Shown here in pieces: positions 11,068 through 19,316 of a stretch of 64,000 bases of DNA; the stretch's first letter is position 1; every line of letters begins with the position of its first letter. The stretch spans positions 18 through 64,017 of the forward strand of contig JBNJGI010000001.1 of NCBI GenBank assembly GCA_051819685.1, in the 5' to 3' direction. This DNA comes from Nanobdellota archaeon. Its GTDB lineage: Archaea; Nanobdellota; Nanobdellia; Woesearchaeales; DATGWN01. The notes below the pieces were generated by a model. It was not told the origin of the DNA, searched no databases, and was given only the letters and a program-made list of their open reading frames with translations. The translations under genes and the position numbers were made by a program.

Positions 11068-11194
11068 TCTTATACTTTTTATTTCATAAACATTCTTTAT
11101 CATGAAAATAAAAAATAAACAATCATTAATAAATATTCTCATTGGAATAAAATTTTCAAAATATTTTATAAAAAGAATACGAATTTTTAAAATC

Positions 11195-12310
11195 ATGGCG
11201 AAAAAAATAATAACATCGGAAAGTGTCACAGAAGGTCATCCAGACAAAGTATGTGATAAGATAAGCGATTCATTGCTTGATGCTTACCTTGAACAGGATC
11301 CGGAATCAAGAGTAGCGATAGAAACTTTAGTCAAAGAAAACACAGTCATACTGGCAGGAGAGCTGACAAGCAAAGGAAGTGTAAACATCCAGGAAACAGT
11401 AAAAAAAACATTAAAAGATATCGGATATGACAACGAAGAATTTGGGATGGATCTTAATCTCATCGAAGTAATTTCCAAAATCAACAGGCAAAGCCCTGAT
11501 ATAGCTCAAGGAGTAAATGAAGACGATCATGAACAAGGAGCTGGAGATCAAGGGCTTATGTATGGTTATGCTTCTAACGAAACCGATAACTACATGCCTT
11601 TACCCATTGACTTGGCGCATAAGCTTACAAAAAGATTAAGTGAGGCAAGAAAATCAAAAGAAATAGAAAATTTAGGACCTGATGGAAAAAGTCAAGTATC
11701 TGTAGAATATGAAGATGGAATACCCAAAAGAATTGTAAATGTAGTAATAGCACAGCAACATACAGATGATATAAATGAAGATAAATTAAAACAAGAAATA
11801 AAAGAAAAAATAATAAAACCTGTATGCAATAAATACATAGACGAAAATACAAAATATTATATAAATGGTACAGGAAAATTCATAATAGGAGGACCTGCAG
11901 CTGATGCAGGATTGACAGGAAGAAAAATTATCGTCGATACATATGGTGGAATAGGTCGTCACGGTGGTGGTGCATTTTCAGGAAAAGACCCTTCTAAAGT
12001 TGACAGAAGCGCTGCTTACATGGCAAGACACATAGCTAAAAACATAGTAGCAAAAGGATATGCTGATAGATGTGAACTACAAGTAGCTTATTGCATAGGA
12101 GTTGCAGAACCAATGAGTATTGCGATAAACACTTTCGGAACCTCTAAAATTCCAGGCAAAGATATAGAAAAATGGGTAAGAGATAATTTCAGTCTTAAAC
12201 CGGCAGAAATAATAAAATATCTTGAACTAAAAAAACCAGTATTCTATGAAACAGCCGCTTATGGCCATTTCGGAAGAGAATCTTTCAAATGGGAAAAAAT
12301 AATAGAATAG
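11195..12310 (+). CDS. metK: S-adenosylmethionine synthetase, bacterial/eukaryotic-type (MetK)
   Basis: MAKKIITSESVTEGHPDKVCDKISD, GGGAFSGKDPSKVDRSAAY; TATA-like tattttataaaaag about 25 bp upstream of the ATG at 11195. Confidence 0.9.
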   Translation: MAKKIITSESVTEGHPDKVCDKISDSLLDAYLEQDPESRVAIETLVKENTVILAGELTSKGSVNIQETVKKTLKDIGYDNEEFGMDLNLIEVISKINRQSPDIAQGVNEDDHEQGAGDQGLMYGYASNETDNYMPLPIDLAHKLTKRLSEARKSKEIENLGPDGKSQVSVEYEDGIPKRIVNVVIAQQHTDDINEDKLKQEIKEKIIKPVCNKYIDENTKYYINGTGKFIIGGPAADAGLTGRKIIVDTYGGIGRHGGGAFSGKDPSKVDRSAAYMARHIAKNIVAKGYADRCELQVAYCIGVAEPMSIAINTFGTSKIPGKDIEKWVRDNFSLKPAEIIKYLELKKPVFYETAAYGHFGRESFKWEKIIE

Positions 12311-12324
12311 GCACAATCAAAAAA

Positions 12325-12449
12325 GTGAGTGATATTGCGAACAAATGTTCGTTCCTCCGGGCGAACTTGATTGAATTTACGCTCCTGTAAGTCGTTTTAC
12401 TCCTTACCGCAAATTCAAAAATTACTTCAAGGCAATATCATCACTCATT
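12325..12449 (-). repeat. Repeat element A, most complete (canonical) copy
   Basis: 125 bp between convergent metK and nucleotidyltransferase genes; terminal inverted repeats gtgagtgatattgc / gcaatatcatcactca; internal complementarity (ttgaatttgcg / cgtaaattcaa; gtaag / cttac). Confidence 0.75.
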
Positions 12450-12497
12450 TTATTGCATGTGCCATAGAATAAAAAAATACATAAAAAAGCAAAGTTA

Positions 12498-13319
12498 TCA
12501 CTTTGCTAATTTTTCTTTAAGTTTTATTTCATCACCTGGATGTGTCACACCATACCAAGTCTCATCAGTAGGATAGATTGACAAACTTATCTTTCCTTCT
12601 TTAATAAGTTCACCAATATCATTAGGAAGAAGACATTCTGCTTTCCTGTCACCCTCATGCGACCTCTTGAATGAATTAAGCTTTTCCTGAAGCATATCAA
12701 GTACCTCAGGCTGGAGACCAAAAATATTCATACTACAATATTCATTCCCTGTAAGACCTTTCTCTGAAATATTTTCCTTATAGATACTATAAATTTCTTT
12801 AAGGTCTTTAACCTTTCCATCCTCAACTTCAAAAACACCTCTATTATCATTACCATCTTCAGTTAAAGTATTCTTTAGGATAAAACCTGTAGTAACATTA
12901 TTATCTTTATTTCTTAAATGATCTATAAGAATTTCAAAAGTTTTATCACCATAAATATCATCCCCGTTGCATACAACAAAAGGATTATCTATAAGATCTT
13001 TCGCTGAAAGCAAAGCATCCGTAGTACCCCATGGTTTATCCCTTGAAGCTTCATCAAAACTCTGTTTAGCATACCTGACACTTTTTCCCAAAAATAAATT
13101 TCCAAAATATTCTTTAAAAGCATCTTCAGTCTTATTTCCTACAATAAGAATAAAATCGTCAACACCTGCCTTGATAGCTTGTTTCATAGAAAATTCCAGA
13201 AGGGTTTCTCCTTCAGGTCCCACCTTTTGCAATCCTTTAATCTTTCCTCCGAATCTCCTTGAAATCCCTGCAACCATATAAACCAAACTTATTTTTTCAT
13301 CCATTTTTATACCTCTCAT
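12498..13319 (-). CDS. Sugar-phosphate nucleotidyltransferase (NTP_transferase family)
   Basis: LVYMVAGISRRFGG...LIVGNK glycine-rich nucleotide-binding N-terminus. Confidence 0.6.
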   Translation of the reverse strand: MRGIKMDEKISLVYMVAGISRRFGGKIKGLQKVGPEGETLLEFSMKQAIKAGVDDFILIVGNKTEDAFKEYFGNLFLGKSVRYAKQSFDEASRDKPWGTTDALLSAKDLIDNPFVVCNGDDIYGDKTFEILIDHLRNKDNNVTTGFILKNTLTEDGNDNRGVFEVEDGKVKDLKEIYSIYKENISEKGLTGNEYCSMNIFGLQPEVLDMLQEKLNSFKRSHEGDRKAECLLPNDIGELIKEGKISLSIYPTDETWYGVTHPGDEIKLKEKLAK

Positions 13320-14524
13320 TTATTAGCCATTATTTCAATAACATCTCTGTGAGAAATTTTATGTTCCTTCCCTACAGGCATCTTAGTCCTCACATCAACT
13401 GCTTTGATAAAATTATCTCCAAAATCAGAATGGAGCTTATAAGCAAAATCTAAAGCAGAGCTTCCAGGTGGCATAAGAAAACAATCAGGAAGAACATTAC
13501 CATCAGAATCTTCCAACTTATTCACTCCTCCTGGAAAAATAGCTATATAGCCTAAAAAATCAAAAACTGCTGAATTTATAGACTTTTGCACTCCTGTCCC
13601 TTCTTCCAGCTTATCAAGAACATTTTTCTTGATAAAATCCAAGGCATTCTTCTGCTTATCGGTCATTTTACTTTCGCCTTTTTCAGTAATTTCAAAATTA
13701 TTTTCACCAGGAACATAATCTATAAGACCATGTTTAGCAGCTTCTCTCAAAGCTAACTCACCTTCTGCAGAAGTAGGTACAATAATATGATCTGGAAAAT
13801 CTTCCTTTAACTTATCTATATTCTCTCTTGATTTAGGGAAATCTGCTTTATTAGCAGCAATCACTGTCGGTTTTGTTTTTTTCCTCAACCCAGTAGCCAA
13901 AGATTTGAGATCATCCTCACTCCACTTCATTACATTTTCAGTATCAAGACCAAGATCTGATATAACTTCTTCAGCGATTATATCAGTAACACCAAGACCT
14001 GAAAGCTGTTTAGAAAGAGCATCTTTAATCTTACCATGAGTTTGTTGAATCTGTTTAGCAAACTTTTCCCAACCTCTTTTTATAATACCTAAATACCACA
14101 TATCAAGCTCAATCTCTAAAAACTTTATATCTTCAGCAGGATTATAACTCCCTTGTTCAACAGGTTCACCTTTCTCGTTCGTGGAACCTGAAGCATCAAT
14201 TACATGGATAAGGACATCAGCTTGCCTAATATCATCCAAGAACTGATTACCCATACCTGCACCTTTATAAGCTCCTGGTACCAGACCTGCAACATCGATA
14301 ACTTTTACCGGAACAAACCTGAAATTACCAGCAATCCATCCTTCTCTGGGATTCGCAGTTTTCCCGAAATCTTTAGCAACGCTTTCTACCTTTACATAAC
14401 CCACACCTTCATTTGGTTTGATAGTAGCAAAAGGATAATTAGCGATAAGAATCTCAGCTAAAGTGCTTGCTTTAAAGAAAGATGATTTACCAACATTAGG
14501 TTTTCCAACAAGACCGATTATCAT
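13316..14524 (-). CDS. YchF/OLA1-family GTPase/ATPase with C-terminal TGS-like domain
   Basis: MIIGLVGKPNVGKSSFFKA...NYPFATIKPNEG. Confidence 0.7.
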   Translation of the reverse strand: MIIGLVGKPNVGKSSFFKASTLAEILIANYPFATIKPNEGVGYVKVESVAKDFGKTANPREGWIAGNFRFVPVKVIDVAGLVPGAYKGAGMGNQFLDDIRQADVLIHVIDASGSTNEKGEPVEQGSYNPAEDIKFLEIELDMWYLGIIKRGWEKFAKQIQQTHGKIKDALSKQLSGLGVTDIIAEEVISDLGLDTENVMKWSEDDLKSLATGLRKKTKPTVIAANKADFPKSRENIDKLKEDFPDHIIVPTSAEGELALREAAKHGLIDYVPGENNFEITEKGESKMTDKQKNALDFIKKNVLDKLEEGTGVQKSINSAVFDFLGYIAIFPGGVNKLEDSDGNVLPDCFLMPPGSSALDFAYKLHSDFGDNFIKAVDVRTKMPVGKEHKISHRDVIEIMANK

Positions 14525-14581
14525 AAAAAAGTCTTTTTCATGGATTTTAAAAATTTTACTATAAAATTAGTATATTATCAC

Positions 14582-14662
14582 CGACATAAAATTTTTGTAT
14601 TGCCTTACAGCAATTTTTAATTATTCTGCGCCATATAAAATACTTTTATTTATGTTACCAAC
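14582..14662 (+). promoter_or_regulatory. Degenerate BC promoter-like module upstream of the pilin-like operon
   Basis: acataaaatttttgtattgccttacagcaa ... ttattctgcgccatataaaatacttttatttatgtt matches B and C modules (ccatataaaat TATA-like). Confidence 0.5.
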
Positions 14663-14736
14663 CACTAAAAAAAAACATTTATAAATACAAAGAGAGAAAA
14701 AAGTATATTGAATATAACTTTGCGAGGTGAAAATAA

Positions 14737-14994
14737 ATGAAAAAAGCTCAGGGAATGTCTTTGAACACAATAGTTATCGCTGCCCTAGTAGTAATGATCC
14801 TAGTGGTACTTTCAGTAATCTTCTTAAGATCAGGAGGTAATGTAAGTGAAACAGTAGGAGGATGTGAAGTACAGGGAGGAAAATGCGCAGTTGAATGTGG
14901 TCAAGGCGTATATAACACTGAAGAACATTCAATTAGGAGACCTGATTTGGATGATTCATGTAGTGAAGGAAAAGTATGTTGTATTAAAGGATGA
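14737..14994 (+). CDS. Class-III signal peptide (pilin-like) fused to 6-Cys defensin-like domain (C-x6-C-x3-C-x21-C-x5-CC)
   Basis: MKKAQGMSLNTIVIAALVVMILVV; GGCEVQGGKCAVECGQ...CSEGKVCCIKG; gaggtga SD 7 bp upstream. Confidence 0.7.
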   Translation: MKKAQGMSLNTIVIAALVVMILVVLSVIFLRSGGNVSETVGGCEVQGGKCAVECGQGVYNTEEHSIRRPDLDDSCSEGKVCCIKG

Positions 14995-15260
14995 AAATAA
15001 CAAAAAAATCGCAACAACTATCTTTATCTACTGTAATAATCGCTGCATTGCTTTTATTAGTTCTTGCAGTGATTATCTATATTTTCAGCACAAGATCAGG
15101 AGACTTTAACAAAGGAGTTGGTGAAGTTGCCGGTTGTAAGGAAGAATTTTGTGTAGATAATAAAGATGATTGCAAAAAAATAGAAAATCGGCCTGTTGCA
15201 GTCCCTTCTGATTGTCGTGAATCCGATGAAGTTAGTTATTGTTGCAAACCATTAGGTTAA
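14991..15260 (+). CDS. Paralogous pilin-like signal peptide + 6-Cys domain (C-x4-C-x6-C-x13-C-x8-CC)
   Basis: MKITKKSQQLSLSTVIIAALLLLVLAVIIYIF; 4-bp ATGA overlap with the previous gene. Confidence 0.7.
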   Translation: MKITKKSQQLSLSTVIIAALLLLVLAVIIYIFSTRSGDFNKGVGEVAGCKEEFCVDNKDDCKKIENRPVAVPSDCRESDEVSYCCKPLG

Positions 15261-15263
15261 AAA

Positions 15264-15398
15264 ATGGATCCTACGGAAATAGATTTCGGAAAGACCCGGT
15301 ATCTTACGATAGGGATGGCGGTTGTATTAGTGTTGCTTATACTCATAGTAATAATGGTAATTATGAGTAAACATGCTTCACTCGCATTTGGACAATGA
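15264..15398 (+). CDS. Small (44 aa) single-TM protein, stop overlaps next start
   Basis: MDPTEIDFGKTRYLTIGMAVVLVLLILIVIMVIM; below the ORF-track size cut-off; ATGA overlap with 15395. Confidence 0.4.
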   Translation: MDPTEIDFGKTRYLTIGMAVVLVLLILIVIMVIMSKHASLAFGQ

Positions 15399-16579
15399 AA
15401 AAAATTAAATTTTCAAAGAAAGGAGCTCTAGGTATAGTAATGATGCTTTTCCTTGCTCTTGTAGCTTTTCTTATACTTTTCACTTTCGTAGGAAGATTTC
15501 TTAAAGTAGCAGATGAAGGTTTGCAGAGTGAAATATGCAGAGCGAATATCGCTCTTTTAAATTCAGAAATCAAAGAAAAATCTGATGAAAATTCTGGCAT
15601 TATTGCAAGTACTTGGAATTTAGTTAAAGATAATAATGCCCGAGCAATGCTTAAAAATCCATTATGTACTTCTTTAGTTGAAGTATTTGATTATAGAGAT
15701 GTTAAAGATAAAAACCAATTAAGAAAAAAAGTAGCAACTGATATTGGCGAAATGATGCAAAACTGCTGGAAAACATTTGGTGAAGGAAAACAAGGAAACA
15801 CATTCGGACAGGAAAAAGGTTGGGCAGGAAGAGGAGATAAAAATAACTATTATTTTTCATGCTACAAATTCAAATTTAAAATGAAAGATTCATCTGATAG
15901 CATTTCAATGGAATATTTAAATGGAGATAAAGGACTTCTCTGGAAATATAATGTAGATGGAAAACCCTTATTCAATGAAAATGGAAGACTTTTAGAAAAC
16001 AATAAACTAAAAGATGAAGATAAAATGATTGAAGCTACAATAAAACAATCTTCATTGATGATGCTATATGAAGAATACTATAATAATCCTTCTAGTGATA
16101 AAATACCTTACCTGGGATACATAACTTGGGATGGATATGGATATTATGAATTTGTTAAAAAAACTGCTTCCGGACTGAAAATTGATTCAGCTGGTGAAAA
16201 TGTAGCAAAAGGCGCGATATCAGGAACAACTGCTGGAGTAATTGGAGCTGTAATTGGTACAGGTTTATGTTTTTATTTAGGACCCGGAGCTGTTGGTTGT
16301 GCTGCGTTAGGTAGTGCTATTGCAGGTGGTGCTGCTGCAGGTGGCGCTTCTCTTGCATCAAAAGGTTTAATTGATTCTTTTCAAAATAAAAATGTACCTG
16401 TAATGGCTGATGAATACAAATTAAAAGAAATATATTCTGATCAATACTATGAAGTAAGATACTATTCCCCTTATATAAAAAATATAGATGAAGAAAGCTG
16501 GGTTCTTAACAACATAAAAATCGTACCAATAAACGAAGAAAGTAAAGACAATAAAGAAATTCCGGGAGGAATATCATAA
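15395..16579 (+). CDS. Pilin-like N-terminus protein (394 aa) with Gly/Ala-rich glycine-zipper hydrophobic segment
   Basis: MKKIKFSKKGALGIVMMLFLALVAFLIL; GAISGTTAGVIGAVIGTGLCFYLGPGAVGCAALGSAIAGGAAAGGASLASKG. Confidence 0.65.
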   Translation: MKKIKFSKKGALGIVMMLFLALVAFLILFTFVGRFLKVADEGLQSEICRANIALLNSEIKEKSDENSGIIASTWNLVKDNNARAMLKNPLCTSLVEVFDYRDVKDKNQLRKKVATDIGEMMQNCWKTFGEGKQGNTFGQEKGWAGRGDKNNYYFSCYKFKFKMKDSSDSISMEYLNGDKGLLWKYNVDGKPLFNENGRLLENNKLKDEDKMIEATIKQSSLMMLYEEYYNNPSSDKIPYLGYITWDGYGYYEFVKKTASGLKIDSAGENVAKGAISGTTAGVIGAVIGTGLCFYLGPGAVGCAALGSAIAGGAAAGGASLASKGLIDSFQNKNVPVMADEYKLKEIYSDQYYEVRYYSPYIKNIDEESWVLNNIKIVPINEESKDNKEIPGGIS

Positions 16580-16722
16580 TGAAAAACAAAAAAGCAATGG
16601 AAATGAAAATACTAATGACTTGGCTATTCATAATACTTGCAGCATTGGTCTTTTTAGTTCTAATCGGAATATTTTCAAAAAAAGGATTTGAATTTTTAGA
16701 TGTAATAAACAATATTTTTTAA
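16579..16722 (+). CDS. Small (47 aa) pilin-like N-terminal protein
   Basis: MKNKKAMEMKILMTWLFIILAALVFLVLIGIF; TAATG overlap with previous stop. Confidence 0.45.
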   Translation: MKNKKAMEMKILMTWLFIILAALVFLVLIGIFSKKGFEFLDVINNIF

Positions 16723-16723
16723 G

Positions 16724-18430
16724 ATGAAAAATAAACAAAAAAAAGGAAGCTTCGCACTAATGAAATTAATATCTTACATAATACCTATAATTGTATTCTT
16801 AGTCTTACTAGCTTTTATTTTTCAAGATGATCTTAAAGCTGGAATGATAAATTTTGCAGATAAAAAACAACAAGAAATGGAAGATGCAGGAGAACTTTAT
16901 GAAAACTATGGTGAAGGAAGAAGGAAAACAGGAAATAATGAAATGAAAATACATACGATGAATATAGCTCAGATAATAAGTTCTGCTGAATCTGAAAAAA
17001 AAACTTGCATTATAGATCTATCGTCAGAACCTTACATAAAAAAACCTTATGAAGTATTTGGAAAAACATCAGAAAAAAGTCATTATTCTTATCGGTGTCA
17101 AAACAATATGGAAAACTGCAATTCTAAAATATGTAATGCACAAGGAAACTGCGCTGAATATGAACTGGAAGGCATCAGTAAAATAGTATATTATAGGGAT
17201 GATAAAGGAATGGCTAAGAAAAAAGGATATTCATTCGTTATGGATAAAGTAAAAAACTACATGATAAAAAATGGGCATATTAATGGAATATACTTCCTTA
17301 AAAGCAAAAATAAAAATGAAATTGAGGGAGGTCTTGTAGATTACAAGATAGATATATATTCATCTGAAAACATAGGAAGTGATCTTGAGCTTACAAATAA
17401 AATACAAGATAAAGAACTTAAAAAAAGGTTCTATACAGAACATGCTATAAAATTCTATAATATTCTTATCCTTCTTGACGGCCATGTAAATCTTCCGGGA
17501 ATTTTAGGAGGGTCAGATTTAAAAGAAGAAGACGCTGATTTTTCTGGAATTGAAGTTTGCGAACAAAAAAACAGCAATTTAATTAGTTTCACTGAAAAAG
17601 ATGATAAAAAAGTGAAAAAATATCTTTCTTTAATGGCTGAATCTATAAATAACGCTAAAAAAGAAAACTGCATAATAAAACTAAAATCTGATTTTTCTCT
17701 TGAAGAAGAAAAAGAATACTATTTTGGATTTTACAAAGAAAACAATAAAAACTTCCTTAAAGATGATATAAAGACATTAAACTATTATGATTTTGAAGAA
17801 AATCCTGATTTAGATTCAAGTAGTTCATTCGAAGAATTAAGAACAGGTTATAATTCATTAGAAGAAGAAGGAGAAAAATGGAAAAGAGCTATGATGATAT
17901 CAGAACATTTTAAAAATAAAGGTGATAAAGAATTAGCAAAAAAATGGAAACAAGAAGCAATGGAAATCAAAAATCCGTTCCTTACTAATTATGATATTAA
18001 CTCTGATACTAAAGAAAACCTTATAGGAGAAGTAGAAAGTTTTGATATAGAAAAACCGATAGATGATAAATATAAAAAATTCGGAGTAATTTATGATCGG
18101 GATTTTGTTTTTAATCACATAGAAGAAATTGGAAAAATAATAAAAGCAATAAAAGATAAAGATATAATCATAACATCTCTTACATTGCCTCCTTCAAAAG
18201 AGCTTAAAGTATCTGGTTATGATTCTATTTTTTTCAATATTATAAAAGAAAACGGTATGTTTGTAAAAGATAAAAATTATTATGCCGGTTTTGAAGGAGA
18301 CTTATCCGAAACTATAAAAGTTTCAAAAAAATATCTTATAAAAGCCGGTAACAATATTTATTTTTATAGTTCAAAAGGAAATGAAATTGATATAAATGAG
18401 ATAGATAAAGAATATATTTGTGAGGGATAA
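16724..18430 (+). CDS. Large (568 aa) secreted/anchored protein with class-III-like N-terminus and Cys-rich segment
   Basis: MKNKQKKGSFALMKLISYIIPIIVFLVLLAF; CQNNMENCNSKICNAQGNCAEYE. Confidence 0.6.
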   Translation: MKNKQKKGSFALMKLISYIIPIIVFLVLLAFIFQDDLKAGMINFADKKQQEMEDAGELYENYGEGRRKTGNNEMKIHTMNIAQIISSAESEKKTCIIDLSSEPYIKKPYEVFGKTSEKSHYSYRCQNNMENCNSKICNAQGNCAEYELEGISKIVYYRDDKGMAKKKGYSFVMDKVKNYMIKNGHINGIYFLKSKNKNEIEGGLVDYKIDIYSSENIGSDLELTNKIQDKELKKRFYTEHAIKFYNILILLDGHVNLPGILGGSDLKEEDADFSGIEVCEQKNSNLISFTEKDDKKVKKYLSLMAESINNAKKENCIIKLKSDFSLEEEKEYYFGFYKENNKNFLKDDIKTLNYYDFEENPDLDSSSSFEELRTGYNSLEEEGEKWKRAMMISEHFKNKGDKELAKKWKQEAMEIKNPFLTNYDINSDTKENLIGEVESFDIEKPIDDKYKKFGVIYDRDFVFNHIEEIGKIIKAIKDKDIIITSLTLPPSKELKVSGYDSIFFNIIKENGMFVKDKNYYAGFEGDLSETIKVSKKYLIKAGNNIYFYSSKGNEIDINEIDKEYICEG

Positions 18431-18432
18431 AA

Positions 18433-18708
18433 ATGAAAAATAAAAAATCAATGCAAATGTCATTACAGACAGTCATAGTGGGAGTTATTTTATTATTAGT
18501 ATTGGCAGTGATAATATACATATTCACCTCAAGGATGGGCGAACAGAATGAAGCAGTAGGGGATTTGCAAGGAAGTGTAACAGATAAATGTATTGATGAA
18601 GATGGAAACATAAAAGAAGATTGCGAATACACAAAAAATCTTAATGAAGGTTATATAATACCTTTAATACCTTTTATAAGAAAAAAATATTTTTTAAAAA
18701 GAACATGA
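18433..18708 (+). CDS. Pilin-like small protein (91 aa)
   Basis: MKNKKSMQMSLQTVIVGVILLLVLAVIIYIF, same N-terminal subfamily as 14737/14991. Confidence 0.65.
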   Translation: MKNKKSMQMSLQTVIVGVILLLVLAVIIYIFTSRMGEQNEAVGDLQGSVTDKCIDEDGNIKEDCEYTKNLNEGYIIPLIPFIRKKYFLKRT

Positions 18709-19316
18709 AACAAAATAAAAAAGCCGGAGTTACCATATCGTTGCATGCGCTGATGGGAATAATAATTTCAGCCTTATTGATCTTCTTTGGTTTAGGTCTT
18801 ATGATGAAAATTTTCTATACTCCTAATTACGAAAAAGAAGTTTTGAATTTCTGGAAAGAAGATATAGAAGAATTAAAATCTGGATACTTCACGCAATTAC
18901 TTGATGTTGAAACAAAAAAATTCAATTCAAACAGATATTTACTTGTAATGATACCTAAAAATTATAATGCAGTTACGCTTAAAGCTGAATCAAGGGGTAA
19001 TTTTGATTTTAGGATAAAAAACAAATGCAACAATAAAATATGCTTATGCATAGCTGATATAGAAAAACAAAGAAGCAGATATTGCAAAAGCCTAAGCTTC
19101 AAAAACATGAGATTCTATTCTGAAGGCGTAAATAATGAAATAAGAAAACAAAACCCGACACCTGATGATGGAATAATTAATGAGCCTGTTATATTCAATA
19201 AAAATTATGATATACAAAAAAAATATGATTACACGAAAACACCTTTCGTGATGAACAGAAACAACAATGAGATAGTAGTATGCGATACAAGAAGACTGTG
19301 TGAAGAAAATGCTTAA
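18705..19316 (+). CDS. Pilin-like/N-terminal TM protein (203 aa)
   Basis: MKQNKKAGVTISLHALMGIIISALLIFFGLGL; ATGA overlap. Confidence 0.55.
   Translation: MKQNKKAGVTISLHALMGIIISALLIFFGLGLMMKIFYTPNYEKEVLNFWKEDIEELKSGYFTQLLDVETKKFNSNRYLLVMIPKNYNAVTLKAESRGNFDFRIKNKCNNKICLCIADIEKQRSRYCKSLSFKNMRFYSEGVNNEIRKQNPTPDDGIINEPVIFNKNYDIQKKYDYTKTPFVMNRNNNEIVVCDTRRLCEENA

Noticed and set aside
11102-11194. N-terminal extension of metK (track start 11102) and long extension of the CBS regulator (track start 11229)
   Set aside because: Extensions overlap the divergent promoter region and encode hydrophobic junk. Conserved protein N-termini (MAKKIITSE; MNLGITQ) begin at the internal ATGs, with TATA-like boxes at correct spacing.
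12967-13453. Plus-strand ORFs 12967..13281 and 13259..13453 antisense to the nucleotidyltransferase/YchF genes
   Set aside because: Embedded antisense frames; the sense genes have clear family motifs.
14864-15109. 81-aa ORF overlapping the two Cys-rich pilin-like genes in another frame
   Set aside because: Alternative frame of two well-supported paralogous genes with SD sequences.
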